Shown: positions 1-11,619, counted from the first letter of the stretch. The stretch is 64,000 nt of DNA from Nitrospira sp. (GCA_047150005.1 AP038806.1:576001-640000), one strand, 5' to 3'. Program-made: numbers and translations. Notes: a model not told the origin generated them from the letters alone.

Positions 1-309
1 CAGGTCGGAGGGTTCGGCTGTCTGCCCCCTCTCGCGCGGCGGAACCTGGATCAACGTCCCGCGCAGCAGGCCTGCGGCCTCCGGCGTGGTGATGCCGGCA
101 AATCGCATGATGTAGGACGCGCCGGCGCGCCGGACATGCGTGACCTCCTCGTTCCGAACCAGCCCTTCGGCTCCGACGACGCTCACGGACCTCAAACGGT
201 CGAGTCGGCCGGGCACATCGCTCAGCGGGCGAACCTTCACTTCTCCCTTCACACCGAAGGGCCGTTCGATTCTGCCGACGGTGACGCGATCGTCCTGCGC
301 GGCAACCAC
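1..309 (-). CDS. rimM: 16S rRNA processing protein RimM (5' part; runs off window start)
   Basis: Manual translation from GTG at 309: VVAAQDDRVTVGRIERPFGVKGEVKV..., matching the RimM N-terminal G-x-I-xx-(P/A)-(F/H)-G-(V/I)-K-GE motif. Lies directly downstream of rpsP in the conserved ffh-rpsP-rimM order. Confidence 0.9.
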   Translation of the reverse strand, partial: MVAAQDDRVTVGRIERPFGVKGEVKVRPLSDVPGRLDRLRSVSVVGAEGLVRNEEVTHVRRAGASYIMRFAGITTPEAAGLLRGTLIQVPPRERGQTAEPSDL

Positions 310-313
310 CGAA

Positions 314-598
314 TTACGCCCCCTTCTTCTTCGCCGTCTTCTCGGTTTCGAACTGCTTCCACAGCCCGGACCGGCGCAACAGCGTCTTGACCGTCACCGT
401 GGGCTGGGCGCCCTGGTGGAGCCATTTGAGCACACGCTCCTGCTTGAGCTCCGGCAATCCCGCCGGCTTGAGCGGATCGAAGATCCCCAAAATCTCCAGA
501 AACCTTCCGTCGCGCGGCTTTCGCGAATCCGCGGCCACGACCCGGTACACAGGGCGTTTATGCCGCCCGGTTCTCGTCAATCGCAAATGAACGGCCAC
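314..598 (-). CDS. rpsP: 30S ribosomal protein S16
   Basis: AVHLRLTRTGRHKRPVYRVVAADSRKPRDGRFLE is the S16 signature. GTG at 598 is preferred over ATG at 604 on spacing from the GGAGG RBS. Confidence 0.97.
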   Translation of the reverse strand: MAVHLRLTRTGRHKRPVYRVVAADSRKPRDGRFLEILGIFDPLKPAGLPELKQERVLKWLHQGAQPTVTVKTLLRRSGLWKQFETEKTAKKKGA

Positions 599-716
599 TG
601 TCATTCCTCCTTTGAAATAAGCGAGCTATTTGGAAAAACCCGCTGGAAATACCCGTCAGCCCGGTTGAGTGTCGATCTGGATGGTCCGAACGCCTGCGCC
701 CCCGGGAAGCGGCGCC

Positions 717-2063
717 TCACCTCGAGTTCAGCAGCTGCGCCAATTGCCGCCGCCCGCCCGCGCCCGTCAGCATCTTGGCGAGCTTGCGCGCCGAGAGAAA
801 TTGCTTGATCAGGCGGTTGACTTCCATCACGTTGGTCCCGCTCCCACGCGCGATCCGCTTCTTGCGGCTGCCGTTGATGAGCGTATGGTCGCGCCGTTCC
901 CGCCGGGTCATCGAATCGATGATCGCGACCACGCGTTTCATCTCCCGTTCCGGCACCTGGCCCTCCATGGCCCCCCGGAGCTTCTGGCCACCCGGCAGCA
1001 TGCCCAGAATCTGATCCAACGATCCAAGCTTGTTGACCTGCGCCAACTGAGCGCGGAAATCTTCCAGCGTGAAGGTATTGCTCGTCAGGCGCTTCTGCGC
1101 CTCTTCCGCCTGTTCGCGCGTGAATGTTTCCTGCGCCTTCTCGATCAGGGACAGCACGTCGCCCATCCCGAGAATGCGGGAGGCCATGCGGTCCGGATGA
1201 AACAGTTCCAGCGCGTCGAGCTTTTCCCCCACACCGAGGAACTTGATCGGCTGGCCGGTCACCGCGCGGATGGACAGAACCGCGCCGCCCCGAGCATCGC
1301 CTTCCACCTTGGTGAGGATCACGCCCGTCATTCCGACCCGCTCGTGGAACTGCGTGGCCATGTTGACGGCATCCTGTCCGGTCATCGCATCGGCGACCAG
1401 CAGCACTTCGTGGGGCTGCACCGCGGCTTTCACCGCCACGAGTTCCCCCATCAACGCATCGTCCACATGCAGACGGCCGCCTGTATCCAACACGACCACG
1501 TCGAAACCCTGGTCCGTTCCGCGCCGGACGCCGTCCTTGCAGATGCGCACCACGTCGGCCTGCGAAGCGCCGGTCTGATCCTGCCGGTGCACCTCGACCT
1601 GAAGATCCCTTCCCAAGGACGCTAACTGATCCCCCGCGGCGGGGCGTCGCGGGTCGGCCGCGACCAGCAGCACGCGGCGGCCTTGCTGTTTGAAAAACCG
1701 GGCCAGTTTTCCGCAGGTCGTGGTTTTACCCGCGCCCTGCAACCCCACCATCATGATGACGGTCGGAGGCATCGAAGCAAGGGTAAGGCCGGCCTTCTCT
1801 CCGCCCATCATGGTCCGGAGTTCGTCCCAGACCACTTTGACGACCTGGTGGCCCGGCGTGAGGCTTTGCAGTACTTCCTGGCCGACGGCTTTCTTCCCGA
1901 CCCGTTCGACGAAGTCTTTGACGATCTTGAAATTGACGTCCGCTTCGAGCAGCGCCAGGCGGACTTCCTTCATGGCTTCCGCGATGTTCTGCTCGGTCAA
2001 CACACCGGAGCCGCGAAGCTTCTTCAGGATCTTTTCGAATTTTTCGCTGAGCGCGTCGAGCAT
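717..2063 (-). CDS. ffh: Signal recognition particle protein Ffh
   Basis: NG domain (GLQGAGKTT, DTGGR, TKVEGDARGG) and M domain (SRKKRIARGSG). Confidence 0.98.
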   Translation of the reverse strand: MLDALSEKFEKILKKLRGSGVLTEQNIAEAMKEVRLALLEADVNFKIVKDFVERVGKKAVGQEVLQSLTPGHQVVKVVWDELRTMMGGEKAGLTLASMPPTVIMMVGLQGAGKTTTCGKLARFFKQQGRRVLLVAADPRRPAAGDQLASLGRDLQVEVHRQDQTGASQADVVRICKDGVRRGTDQGFDVVVLDTGGRLHVDDALMGELVAVKAAVQPHEVLLVADAMTGQDAVNMATQFHERVGMTGVILTKVEGDARGGAVLSIRAVTGQPIKFLGVGEKLDALELFHPDRMASRILGMGDVLSLIEKAQETFTREQAEEAQKRLTSNTFTLEDFRAQLAQVNKLGSLDQILGMLPGGQKLRGAMEGQVPEREMKRVVAIIDSMTRRERRDHTLINGSRKKRIARGSGTNVMEVNRLIKQFLSARKLAKMLTGAGGRRQLAQLLNSR

Positions 2064-2146
2064 ATCGTCACAAAGAAAAAGGCAATCGAAGCCGCTGCGT
2101 CCAGATCTCCGATCGCCTGGAAAAATCTAGCAAAAGAGCACCGGCC

Positions 2147-2175
2147 AGTCTAATGAACCGTTCCGGTGAAGTCAA
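2147..2175 (-). promoter_or_regulatory. Putative sigma70 promoter for ffh (TTGACT-17-TAGACT)
   Basis: Minus strand reads TTGACT tcaccggaacggttcat TAGACT upstream of ffh. Confidence 0.5.
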
Positions 2176-2196
2176 GGGATCGACACCAGCATTTTG

Positions 2197-2225
2197 TTGA
2201 CATGCCCAGGGCCTTTCGTTATGGT
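2197..2225 (+). promoter_or_regulatory. Putative sigma70 promoter (TTGACA-17-TATGGT), divergent from ffh
   Basis: Consensus -35, 17-bp spacer and near-consensus -10 upstream of the 2275 CDS. Confidence 0.55.
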
Positions 2226-2274
2226 CCTGAACATGAATCGTTGAGTGTCCTCAACGGGTTATGAGGTCGTGATC

Positions 2275-2535
2275 GTGAGAAAGTCGCCCTGGGTTCTACT
2301 CATCTTTCTCCTCATCGGAGGACTCCTAGGCGGGGTTTTGGGGGAGATTCTCCGCGTGATGGCGCCGCAAGGCACCATTCAGACCATCTTCGCCACCAAT
2401 TTCACGCCGGGCATCAGTCCGCCTCTGACAATCGATCTGATCCTGCTCAAGCTGACGTTGGGGTTCAGCCTGAAGATCAGCCTGTTGAGTCTGCTGGGCA
2501 TGTTTCTCGGCGTGTACCTCTACAAAAACGTCTAA
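2275..2535 (+). CDS. Small membrane protein (DUF4321-like)
   Basis: Two or three hydrophobic segments. GGLLGGVLGE...TIDLILLKLTLGFSLKISLLSLLG resembles DUF4321. Confidence 0.75.
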   Translation: MRKSPWVLLIFLLIGGLLGGVLGEILRVMAPQGTIQTIFATNFTPGISPPLTIDLILLKLTLGFSLKISLLSLLGMFLGVYLYKNV

Positions 2536-2612
2536 TGAGGATGTTGAATGATCCCGCCAGCTCACCGGCCGGGCTTTTGGAATATCCTATTGAATATACT
2601 TGGAGTTCGGCA

Positions 2613-4616
2613 CTAACTCCCGGACTTCAACTCCAGGTCTCTGAGCTTCAGCGCCCGGATTCGGTTTCTGAGGACGGCGGCCCGTTCGAACTCCAACAGC
2701 TTGGCCGCCTCTTTCATGTCGCGCTCCAACCGTTGAATTAATTCGGCACTCGAAGGCTCCGCCCCGTAGGACGGCTCCGCATCCGCCGCAAGCTCGAGCT
2801 GGACCGGATCCGGTTCGACGCCGGGATAATCCAGCACCGGAATACTCTTTCTGATTGAGGTCGGCTCGATGCCGTGCCGCTCGTTATATTCGCGTTGGAT
2901 CTTGCGGCGGCGCGCGGTTTCATCCAGCGCGGCTTTCATGGAGTCGGTCACCGCGTCGCCGTAGAAAATCACCCGCCCGCGGACATTCCGGGCGGCCCGA
3001 CCGGCGGTCTGCACGAGCGAGCGATACGACCGCAGATACCCTTCCTTGTCGGCGTCCAGAATCGCCACCAGGCTGACCTCCGGAAGATCGAGCCCTTCCC
3101 GGAGCAGATTGATCCCCACCAGCACGTCGAACTGTCCGCGCCGAAGATCCCGGACGATCTCGGCCCGCTCCAAGGTCTTGATGTCCGAATGCAGATAGCG
3201 CACCTTGACCCCCAACTCGTGATAGTACTCGGTCAGGTCCTCGGCCATGCGCTTCGTGAGGGTGGTGACCAGCACACGCCCTCCCTCGGTGGTCTCCCTC
3301 CGAACTTCCTCCAACAGATGATCGACCTGCCCCTTGGCCGGATGAAGTTCGATGATCGGATCGAGCACCCCGGTGGGCCTGATGATCTGCTCGACGACGT
3401 CTCCCTTCACATGGTCGAGCTCGTAGGGACCGGGCGTCGCGGACACATAGATCACCTGATTGAGGCTGCGCTCGAATTCGTGAAACTTCAGGGGTCGGTT
3501 GTCCACCGCCGAAGGCAGCCGGAACCCGTACTCCACCAACGTCCGCTTTCGCGAATAGTCCCCTTCGTACATGCCGCCGACCTGAGGCACCGTCGCGTGG
3601 GATTCGTCGATGATCAACAGGAAATCCTTCGGAAAATAGTCGATCAATGTCGGAGGCGGTTCGCCGGCGGCCCGCCCGCTCAAATGACGGGAATAGTTTT
3701 CAATCCCGTGGCAGTAGCCCATCGCGCGGATCATTTCGAGATCGAACTTGGTGCGCTGCGCGATGCGCTGCGCTTCGACGAGCTGGTTTTGCCGCTTGAA
3801 AAACGCCACTCGCTCGTCGAGTTCTTCTTCGATGCCCGTGATCGCCCGCTCGTACCGGTCGGGGGCGATCAAATAGTGCGTGTTCGGATAGACGGCGATC
3901 TTGGGCAGCTTCCCCAGCGACTTGCCGGTCAATGGATCGATCTGATGAATGGCGTCCACGACGTCGCCGAACAGTTCGATCCGGACGGAGCTGGCCTCCT
4001 GCGAAGCCGGAAAAATCTCGATCACGTCGCCGCGGGCGCGAAACGTCCCGCGATGGAAATCAATGTCGTTGCGGGCATACTGAATCTCCACGAGTTTCGC
4101 GAGAATCTTTTCACGCCTGATCTCCATCCCCTCTTCAAGGTACAGGAGCATGTCGTGATAGACCTCCGGAGAGCCCAACCCGTAGATGCAGGACACGGAC
4201 GACACGATCAGCACGTCATTGCGTTGCAACAGCGACGTCGTCGCCGCGTGCCGCATCTGATCGATGGCATCGTTGATCGAGGAGTCTTTGGCGATGTACG
4301 TGTCCGTCTGCGGAAGGTAGGCTTCGGGCTGGTAGTAGTCGTAGTAGCTGATGAAGTATTCGACTGCGTTATGCGGGAAAAACTGCTTGAACTCCTGATA
4401 GAGCTGACCCGCCAGGGTCTTGTTATGGACGAGGACGAGCGTGGGTTTTTGGATCCGCTCGACCACGTTGGCCATCGTGAAGGTCTTGCCCGACCCGGTG
4501 ACGCCGAGCAACGCCTGATGCCGGCGTCCGGCTAGAACGCCGGACGCCAGCTTGTCGATGGCCTGACCTTGGTCTCCGCATGAGGTGAACGGAGCCTCGA
4601 GTTGGAACTGCGGCAT
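2613..4616 (-). CDS. uvrB: Excinuclease ABC subunit UvrB
   Basis: [20 protein letters not shown] beta-hairpin, DESH and C-terminal [12 protein letters not shown] domain. Start trimmed to MPQFQL. Confidence 0.98.
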   Translation of the reverse strand: MPQFQLEAPFTSCGDQGQAIDKLASGVLAGRRHQALLGVTGSGKTFTMANVVERIQKPTLVLVHNKTLAGQLYQEFKQFFPHNAVEYFISYYDYYQPEAYLPQTDTYIAKDSSINDAIDQMRHAATTSLLQRNDVLIVSSVSCIYGLGSPEVYHDMLLYLEEGMEIRREKILAKLVEIQYARNDIDFHRGTFRARGDVIEIFPASQEASSVRIELFGDVVDAIHQIDPLTGKSLGKLPKIAVYPNTHYLIAPDRYERAITGIEEELDERVAFFKRQNQLVEAQRIAQRTKFDLEMIRAMGYCHGIENYSRHLSGRAAGEPPPTLIDYFPKDFLLIIDESHATVPQVGGMYEGDYSRKRTLVEYGFRLPSAVDNRPLKFHEFERSLNQVIYVSATPGPYELDHVKGDVVEQIIRPTGVLDPIIELHPAKGQVDHLLEEVRRETTEGGRVLVTTLTKRMAEDLTEYYHELGVKVRYLHSDIKTLERAEIVRDLRRGQFDVLVGINLLREGLDLPEVSLVAILDADKEGYLRSYRSLVQTAGRAARNVRGRVIFYGDAVTDSMKAALDETARRRKIQREYNERHGIEPTSIRKSIPVLDYPGVEPDPVQLELAADAEPSYGAEPSSAELIQRLERDMKEAAKLLEFERAAVLRNRIRALKLRDLELKSGS

Positions 4617-4704
4617 CGGCACCCCCAGGCCGTTACTGTAACACAGGCCCTCGCCGCCCCGCGGCGGGGCGCGATGCCGCCATCGCCGGACCCGTACGCA
4701 GCCG

Positions 4705-5997
4705 TCAGCGCCCGAATCCGGTCGAACGGACCGGCGACACGGCTCGCCGATGCAGCCCGTCACCGCTCCCATTGGCCCGATGGATCGGTTCGTTGCGACG
4801 GCGATGCCGGTGGTGCGGCTGCTGCTCGCCGGGCGAAGGCACGACCGCAGGAGGCAACGCGGCAAACGCCGGCAGCGGCAGCTTCTTAGTTTGGATCCGC
4901 AGCTGCCTCACCATCCGCAAATACTCCCGCTCCTCCGCCTCCGAGAGAATGAGATACGTGGCTCCCTCTTTCTCCGCGCGCCCGGTTCGGCCGGTCCGGT
5001 GCACGTATGAATTCGGATTGCCGGGGAGCTCATAGTGGATCACTTGCGCCACGTCAGGAATGTCCAAGCCGCGTGCCGCCACGTCGGTCGCGACCAACGA
5101 CCGGATCCGGCCTGAACGGAATGCACCCAGCGTCCGTTCCCGTTGGGCCTGACTGTGATTCCCGGTGATCGAACCGACGGAGGCCGGCTCTCCGCCCAGC
5201 TTCGCGGCCAAGCGCCGCACCTTGTACTTCTGGTCGCAAAATACCATCGACCGCTCGCCCGCCTTCACGGATTGCAGCAATGTGTGTACGAGCTGCGTGC
5301 GCGACTGCTCGGCGGGCACCACGTAGTAGGCATGCGTAATCGTGGCGGGGCTGCTGATGCCGGGATCCACCGAGATCCGTGCGGGGTCGCGTTGCATGCT
5401 CCTGGCGAGTTCCTGGATCTCCGGCGAAAACGTCGCGGAAAACAGCAGAGTCTGCCGCTCGCGCGGCAACAGGCCGAGGATGCGCTGGATGTCCCGCAGG
5501 AAACCGCGATCCAACATCTGATCGGCTTCGTCCATGACCAGCCAGGTGACCGCGCCCAGATGGAGATGGCCCGAGCCGGCGAGATCCAGCAACCGTCCGG
5601 GGGTTCCGACCACGACCAACGGCGGCCGCTTGAGCGCGCGGTAGTGCCGTTCGATCGGCGTCCCGCCGTACACGGCGAGCGACGTCACGGACGGCGGAGC
5701 GTACTTGCGCAACTCCATTTCGATCTGCAGCGCCAACTCGCGGGTCGGGGCCAAGATCAGGTACTGAGGACACCGCCCCTGCGCGGGGCCAGCGGCTGGC
5801 CGCAGGGCCCGCTCGATCATGGGCAGCAAAAACGCCAAGGTCTTGCCGCTGCCGGTCTTGGCCTGAGCCATCACATCGCGGCCCTCCAAGGCGGGGGGCA
5901 CCGCTGCTTGCTGAATCGGCGTCGGCACGGTAATCCCGGCCTGCTGCAGGCGCTGGGCAAGAAAAGGGGGTAAATTCATCTGAACAAACTTAGACAT
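4705..5997 (-). CDS. DEAD-box ATP-dependent RNA helicase
   Basis: Q motif, [26 protein letters not shown] and HRTGRTGR motifs. Confidence 0.96.
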   Translation of the reverse strand: MSKFVQMNLPPFLAQRLQQAGITVPTPIQQAAVPPALEGRDVMAQAKTGSGKTLAFLLPMIERALRPAAGPAQGRCPQYLILAPTRELALQIEMELRKYAPPSVTSLAVYGGTPIERHYRALKRPPLVVVGTPGRLLDLAGSGHLHLGAVTWLVMDEADQMLDRGFLRDIQRILGLLPRERQTLLFSATFSPEIQELARSMQRDPARISVDPGISSPATITHAYYVVPAEQSRTQLVHTLLQSVKAGERSMVFCDQKYKVRRLAAKLGGEPASVGSITGNHSQAQRERTLGAFRSGRIRSLVATDVAARGLDIPDVAQVIHYELPGNPNSYVHRTGRTGRAEKEGATYLILSEAEEREYLRMVRQLRIQTKKLPLPAFAALPPAVVPSPGEQQPHHRHRRRNEPIHRANGSGDGLHRRAVSPVRSTGFGR

Positions 5998-6092
5998 AGC
6001 ACTCCTTCTGTGGATGACTTCCCGGGACTGCAAGTCGACCGGTCACACGGTCGAGAGACGCATCGTGAGGATGGGCAATTCTAGGAAGAGAA

Positions 6093-6117
6093 CGGGGCCG
6101 TCGACGCGACGGCCCCG
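6093..6117 (-). terminator. GC-rich hairpin after the RRM gene (intrinsic terminator or attenuator before the helicase)
   Basis: CGGGGCCGTCG-acg-CGACGGCCCCG is a perfect 11-bp stem, followed on the minus strand by TTCTCTT. Confidence 0.6.
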
Positions 6118-6141
6118 ACATGAACCGACTGCGGCGCGGGC

Positions 6142-6441
6142 TTAGTGCCGGCCGCCACCAAACCCGCCGCGGCCTCCGCCGCCTGAGCGTGGTTCCTGGG
6201 GGCGGGCTTCGTTGACCGTCAACGTGCGGCCGCCCAGTTGGGTACCGTTCAACGCAGTGATCGCAGCTTGCGCTTCCGAATCATTGGACATTTCCACGAA
6301 GCCGAAGCCGCGGGATTGTCCGGTGAACTTATCAGTGATGATTCGGGCTGACGCCACCGCCCCATGGGCAGCAAACAAGTCGCTCAGTTGCTGCTCGGTC
6401 GTGGAATACGGCAAACCCCCAACATAGATCTTCGAACCCAT
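6142..6441 (-). CDS. RRM (RNP-1) RNA-binding protein with Gly-rich tail
   Basis: RNP2 IYVGGL, RNP1 RGFGFVEM and GGGGRGGFGGGRH tail. GGAGG RBS. Confidence 0.96.
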   Translation of the reverse strand: MGSKIYVGGLPYSTTEQQLSDLFAAHGAVASARIITDKFTGQSRGFGFVEMSNDSEAQAAITALNGTQLGGRTLTVNEARPQEPRSGGGGRGGFGGGRH

Positions 6442-6708
6442 TGGGTTCCTCCTTTGAGAAAATAGGTGTTGTCTTGGACTTGAGCAGAGGCGAGGAAGGA
6501 ATGGGCCGAAGACGCAAACACGATGGCGACTTAGGTCTGGCTTCCGATCAGATCCCCGGGCAGAACCAAAACAACATCAGGTATCAGGCCTTGTCACTCT
6601 CCGCTATCGCGCCACCAGGCCTTTCGTAGCGCTGCAATTTTGGACTGTACCGCACAACGGTAGGGAATTGCAAGCATCAAGCGGGATTGTCAGCCCATCC
6701 GACTCGGG

Positions 6709-7488
6709 TCAGTAGGCGGCGGGCGCAGACAAGGGTCGTTGTGAAAACAGCGGGATCGCGTGCAAGCTATCGAAATACAAAGATGAATTCCCCAGAACCA
6801 CCAATCCCACCTCGCCGAGTCCGAGCGAATGGTCCTGAATCGACAGGACCAACGAACCGTCGAAAAACGTTTCGATGAAATCTTTGCTGATGATCGTGTT
6901 CCGTTGAATTCTGAGTGAATGCCAGTCCACGCCCTTGGGAACAATAGCGGTCTGTCCGAGCACTGTCACCTTTCCGTCGACCACTCGGACGACCTCCAAC
7001 TGCTTGGACGAGAGATCGACGATCGCGGCATAGAATTGCGACGCATCCTTCAAACCTATGACGATCCCTCCCCGCCCCGTCCCCCCCTCGGCAGGAAAAC
7101 TCAGACGAACCGAGACGTCGGGATATTCATACTGCAGCTTGCTTGCGACAAGCATCCGGTAGCAGGTCTCCTGCTTGCATGAGGCCACGGCCTTGAGCAT
7201 GTTGGGAGGCGACGGAGCCCCGGGGTCCGACTCGATCGTCCACGTTCCCGCGGATTCACCGCCGGACGTGAGTTGGGAAAATTCCGCCGGCGTTTCGGCC
7301 GGACGCTGTTGGTCGAAGGTCCAGCGGTTAAACAAGCCGCCGGTAATCTGGCCTTTGAGGTTGGCTTCCTTCTCCGTCGTCGTCTCCGCTTGGATCGCCT
7401 GCGCCGGCCCGGAAAGGACAGCCGCCTGACTCACAAGGGCCGCGAGCATCACCAGACTGAAGTAGCCGCTGATCTTGAACCGATTCAT
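6709..7488 (-). CDS. Exported hypothetical protein, probable concanavalin-A/lectin-like beta-sandwich
   Basis: Signal peptide. Beta-rich C-terminus (WHSLRIQ...GEVGL...LYFDSL) resembles DUF1080/LamG folds. Confidence 0.65.
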   Translation of the reverse strand: MNRFKISGYFSLVMLAALVSQAAVLSGPAQAIQAETTTEKEANLKGQITGGLFNRWTFDQQRPAETPAEFSQLTSGGESAGTWTIESDPGAPSPPNMLKAVASCKQETCYRMLVASKLQYEYPDVSVRLSFPAEGGTGRGGIVIGLKDASQFYAAIVDLSSKQLEVVRVVDGKVTVLGQTAIVPKGVDWHSLRIQRNTIISKDFIETFFDGSLVLSIQDHSLGLGEVGLVVLGNSSLYFDSLHAIPLFSQRPLSAPAAY

Positions 7489-7769
7489 GATTCGGGCGCT
7501 TTCCGTTCGCCGGTCAGAGTCATCATGGACCGGGGATGCCCCATGTCGATGATGTCCCGCTGACGCCGATCCCGCTCACGGAGAATCTCTTTTCGGCGCT
7601 GCCAGCGGTTCCACGTCCACCAGTGCAGCTTGTCGCGAAAGGTCACCAGCGGCGGACGGACGCTGCCGCCGGGCGCATGCTGAAAATCGTATCCCTGATG
7701 GGTGTTGCGGCGCTCAAAGAACCGCCGGTACAGATGGTCGTAAATGCCTTTTCCCGCCTCGCCTGCCAC
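7485..7769 (-). CDS. Hypothetical protein
   Basis: GGAG RBS. Sits between two co-oriented genes with an ATGA overlap into the downstream gene. Confidence 0.6.
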   Translation of the reverse strand: MAGEAGKGIYDHLYRRFFERRNTHQGYDFQHAPGGSVRPPLVTFRDKLHWWTWNRWQRRKEILRERDRRQRDIIDMGHPRSMMTLTGERKAPES

Positions 7770-7781
7770 GACTGTCGCTCC

Positions 7782-9842
7782 TCATAATAATAACCGTTCG
7801 AGTTCTCTGGGTTCGGTCACCGGGGCCGAACAGGTCCGCCCATGACAGACATATGCCGCCGGATTCCCCTGTATGCCCGTCTTTCCGGCAGCCAGCGGCA
7901 ACTGAGATTCACCCGCGTGCCTCGACTGATCGACCGCCAGCACCACGCGATTCGACAGGTAGAGCTGATGCACCGTCGTCACGAGCGCCTCCGTCAACGG
8001 ATTGCCACGCGGTCCGACCACCACGACCTCCCTGGGCTGGGACACAAGCCAGTCCGCGGCGCCCAGCATGGCAGAGGCGCCATATGGATTCTGCGCCATC
8101 GCTCGATGGAACAGCGTTACGATCCGCCGCGCCCGCTCATAATACCCTTCCTCTCCGGTGAAAGAGAAGAGCCTCAGGAGAAAGGCGGCGAAGACGGCGT
8201 TGCCCGAGGGCAGAGCACCGTCGGTCCCCGACATCATCCGCTGGAGCAGGGCTTCGTGATCGTGGCTCGTGAAGAAGCAGCCCCCCGCCGCATCGTCCCA
8301 GAAGTGTCTGAGAGCGGCTTCCGCAATCTCGCGCGTCTGTTCGAGATACCATCGGTGCGAGGTCGCTTCAAATGCATCGAGCAAGGCCGTCGCCAACCAA
8401 GCCGCATCGTCCAGATACCCATTCAGTCGCCCATGCCCGGCCGTGATCGTCCGGTGCACCCGCCCATCCGCATAGGCATAGTCCACCAGAAAGGTCAGCG
8501 CCCGCTCGGCGGTCGCCAGATAGGCCGTTGTGCCGAAGGCATGATAGGCGTCCAGGAACGCACAGACCATCATGGCATTCCAACCGGTCAACATGTTCTC
8601 GTCGCGCGCCGGCCTGGGACGCCGATCACGAACGACCAATACCTTCCCCCGCGCCGGTCTTAAGAATGCGTCGGCCTGCTCCGCCTCGTCGGCGGAAGCC
8701 TCGACTCCACCCAACCGATGCAGCACGTTCTTCCCGTCGAAGTTCCCGCCCTCCGTCACCCCGTACGCCCGGCAAAATTCCCCACCGAGATCGGCACCAA
8801 GAATCGCCATGAGCTCGGCCTGGTCCCACACAAAGAAGGCTCCTTCGCGGCCCTCGCTGTCCGCATCCTGTGCGGCGAAGAAGCCGCCGTCCTGATGGGT
8901 CAATTCCCGCTGAACATATTCGAGCGTGTCCTCGACGACATGCCGAAATCGTGCTTCCTTGGTCAGCCGCCAACCGTCCAGGTAGACCCGCACCAACTGC
9001 GCATTGTCATAGAGCATTTTTTCGAAATGCGGCACCATCCAGTGACCGTCCACCGAGTACCGGTGAAATCCGCCGCCGAGATGGTCGTAAATCCCGCCCG
9101 CCGCCATTCTCCTCAGCTGGAACAAGACCTTCCGCCGGAGCGATTCATCCCCGGGACAGGCGGAAGACCGCAACATGAAATTCAGCGGCGAGACGGTCGG
9201 AAACTTCGGCCCGTCGCCGAAGCCTCCATGGACGTCGTCGAAGAGGCTGCCCAGTTTCTTTCCTGCCTCCTGCAGCAGCCGTTCGGTCAACGGCTCGTCG
9301 GAACGTTTCGGTAGTCCGACCCGGAGCAAACCCGCCTTGACGCGCTCCACATTCTTCGCCACTTCGTCGCGATGGTGTCGATAGGCTTCGATGACGCCCC
9401 GCAGGACGTCCGGAAACCCCGGAAGATTGTGGCGGGGCGCCGGCGGGAAGTAGGTGCCTCCGTAAAACGGTTCCTGGTCCGGCGTGAGAAACATGGTCAG
9501 GGGCCATCCGCCGCCTCGGCCCGTAAACACTTGGACCGACTTCTGGTAGATCTCGTCCAAATCGGGCCGCTCCTCGCGATCCACCTTCACGTTGATGAAA
9601 TCCCGGTTCATGAGCGCGGCGATGTCCGCTCGTTCGAATGACTCGTGCGCCATCACATGGCACCAATGGCACGCCGAGTACCCGATGGAGAGGAGGATCG
9701 GCTTATCTTCGGCTTTCGCCCGCGCGAACGCCTCTGCTCCCCACGGAAACCAGTCCACGGGATTGGCGGCATGTTGCCTGAGATACGGACTGGACTCGGC
9801 GTTCAGACGATTGGGCGGGTGATCGACAGGCTGCGACTCCAC
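7782..9842 (-). CDS. Thioredoxin-domain protein YyaL/SSP411 (DUF255) family
   Basis: NRL...[26 protein letters not shown] and [11 protein letters not shown] motifs. Confidence 0.95.
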   Translation of the reverse strand: MESQPVDHPPNRLNAESSPYLRQHAANPVDWFPWGAEAFARAKAEDKPILLSIGYSACHWCHVMAHESFERADIAALMNRDFINVKVDREERPDLDEIYQKSVQVFTGRGGGWPLTMFLTPDQEPFYGGTYFPPAPRHNLPGFPDVLRGVIEAYRHHRDEVAKNVERVKAGLLRVGLPKRSDEPLTERLLQEAGKKLGSLFDDVHGGFGDGPKFPTVSPLNFMLRSSACPGDESLRRKVLFQLRRMAAGGIYDHLGGGFHRYSVDGHWMVPHFEKMLYDNAQLVRVYLDGWRLTKEARFRHVVEDTLEYVQRELTHQDGGFFAAQDADSEGREGAFFVWDQAELMAILGADLGGEFCRAYGVTEGGNFDGKNVLHRLGGVEASADEAEQADAFLRPARGKVLVVRDRRPRPARDENMLTGWNAMMVCAFLDAYHAFGTTAYLATAERALTFLVDYAYADGRVHRTITAGHGRLNGYLDDAAWLATALLDAFEATSHRWYLEQTREIAEAALRHFWDDAAGGCFFTSHDHEALLQRMMSGTDGALPSGNAVFAAFLLRLFSFTGEEGYYERARRIVTLFHRAMAQNPYGASAMLGAADWLVSQPREVVVVGPRGNPLTEALVTTVHQLYLSNRVVLAVDQSRHAGESQLPLAAGKTGIQGNPAAYVCHGRTCSAPVTEPRELERLLL

Positions 9843-9960
9843 TGTGACTCCTTCTTTCGGCGCTTCCTTATGGTACGCAAACGACCGGAGAGACTGCGAT
9901 GGGGACGTGTCCCTATGTTATAGTCCCTCGAAGATAGCAGATTGATTCGTCGACACCCGC

Positions 9961-11550
9961 ATGAAATTGTCCTTCCCCTCCGTGTCAATCACCCTACCGA
10001 AATGGCGCTGGGTCGGCTTGTGGTCCTGGCTGATTGTCCTGACGCTGTCCTCGGTCGCAGCGCCGGCGGAATCTCCTCCTGCCGCTCCGTCCGGCGACGC
10101 TGGTTCCTTGTCCACGGCGTTGAGCTCCATCTCGAGCACGCGCATGCTGGCCGACATCCAAATCCTCAGCGGGCAGGCGTTTGAAGGACGCCAGACCGGC
10201 AGCACCGGCGATGTACGGGCTGCAGAATGGGTGGCGGCGCGTTTCGCAGCTCTGCGCCTCACCGTCGCTCCGGTGCTTCCTTCCGAAACGGCCGATTCGT
10301 CGTCCTCCACGCACGAGCCGGCTCCGTCCGTGCCGGTATACGTGATCGGCGATGATCCGCACCTGGAGGTCTCGACGGCTCAAGGCGCAACCATCGGCCG
10401 CGCGCCTGCCGACTATCTTCCGATTCTCGACTCCCCGCCGGTCCACGTGACCGCATCGGTCGTCTTCGTCGGCTATGGCATTTCCGATCCGGCCCGCGGC
10501 TACGACGACTATGCCGGTCTCGACGTGCGGAACCGCATCGTGCTCTTCATGCGGGGCAAGCCGGACCATTATCCCTCGCCCGTTTCTCATGCGGACAAGG
10601 AGCGAGTCGCCCGTGAAAACGGCGCAGTCGCCTTTCTGACGGTCACCGGTCCGATCTTGAATCCGTACGAAGTCCGCCGGGGCATGACGACCGCTCCCAG
10701 CGCCTTCTACGGTCGCCAGGGCGGCATTCCTCCGCTGCCGGGCGCGTGGATCAGTCCAGCATTCGCGGACCGCCTCCTCTCGTCGGCCGTCCGGGGAGAT
10801 CAACCGTTGCGCATCTTGCAAGAGAGTCTGAATCAATCCCGCCGCCCCCACTCGCAGCCCACCGGCTCTATGGTCCATATGGCCTGGGACAGCTTGCACA
10901 CGTCAGGTCCGCTCTACAATGTCGTCGCCAGCATCCCAGGACGACAACCGGACCTCAAGGAACAAACCGTCATCCTGGGCGCCCATCGCGACCACTTCGG
11001 ACGGCAGGCGGGCTTGCTCTTTCCGGGAGCGGACGACAATGCCTCCGGCACCGCCGTCGTGCTGGAGGTGGCGCGGGTGCTCATGGAATCCGGCCTACAG
11101 GCTGCGCGTACGGTCACTTTCGTCTCCTTCAGCGGAGAAGAACAGGGCCTGCTCGGTTCACAGCTGTATGTGAACCGTCGCCCGAGAGATCCCGTGAAAC
11201 CCAGCGGCATGATCAATGTCGATCATGCCGGCATTGGGAACGGACGGCTGACGGTAGGGATCACAGGTTTCGACAAGCGGGTGGCACAGGATGCGGGGCA
11301 GGCGGCGGGCCTCGCTGAGCATCTGGATCTGTTCGGGTTTTTCCCCGGCGGCGACCACGTGCCCTTCAAAGAGGCCGGGGTACCAACCGTCACGGTCGTC
11401 AGCGGCGGACCCCACCTCCACTATCACAAGCCGACGGATACGCCGGAGACGATCAACCCAGAAATCCTGCAATCGGCGGCCCGCTACGTCCTCGCACTGG
11501 TTTGGCAATTGGCAAACCCGCACGAACGAATTTCTGGGACAGGACACTAG
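9961..11550 (+). CDS. M28 family aminopeptidase with PA domain, exported
   Basis: Signal/TM segment, PA domain (VFVGYGI...DYAGLDV) and Zn-binding motifs GAHRDH, GADDNASG, GEE and YHKPTD. Confidence 0.92.
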   Translation: MKLSFPSVSITLPKWRWVGLWSWLIVLTLSSVAAPAESPPAAPSGDAGSLSTALSSISSTRMLADIQILSGQAFEGRQTGSTGDVRAAEWVAARFAALRLTVAPVLPSETADSSSSTHEPAPSVPVYVIGDDPHLEVSTAQGATIGRAPADYLPILDSPPVHVTASVVFVGYGISDPARGYDDYAGLDVRNRIVLFMRGKPDHYPSPVSHADKERVARENGAVAFLTVTGPILNPYEVRRGMTTAPSAFYGRQGGIPPLPGAWISPAFADRLLSSAVRGDQPLRILQESLNQSRRPHSQPTGSMVHMAWDSLHTSGPLYNVVASIPGRQPDLKEQTVILGAHRDHFGRQAGLLFPGADDNASGTAVVLEVARVLMESGLQAARTVTFVSFSGEEQGLLGSQLYVNRRPRDPVKPSGMINVDHAGIGNGRLTVGITGFDKRVAQDAGQAAGLAEHLDLFGFFPGGDHVPFKEAGVPTVTVVSGGPHLHYHKPTDTPETINPEILQSAARYVLALVWQLANPHERISGTGH

Positions 11551-11619
11551 CGACAGCTCATGCTATGGGCTATGGACAACACGGAACCCGGTCATCTGAC
11601 CAGGCTGGTTCACTTGTTA

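Noticed and set aside
4617..4865. 83-aa N-terminal extension of UvrB overlapping the helicase gene
   Set aside because: An artefact of taking the longest ORF. UvrB homology begins at MPQFQL (4616).
7732..7745. 14-nt identity (GIYDHL) between the 94-aa ORF and the upstream YyaL gene at 9079-9092
   Set aside because: Too short, and similarity does not extend on either side. Probably chance.
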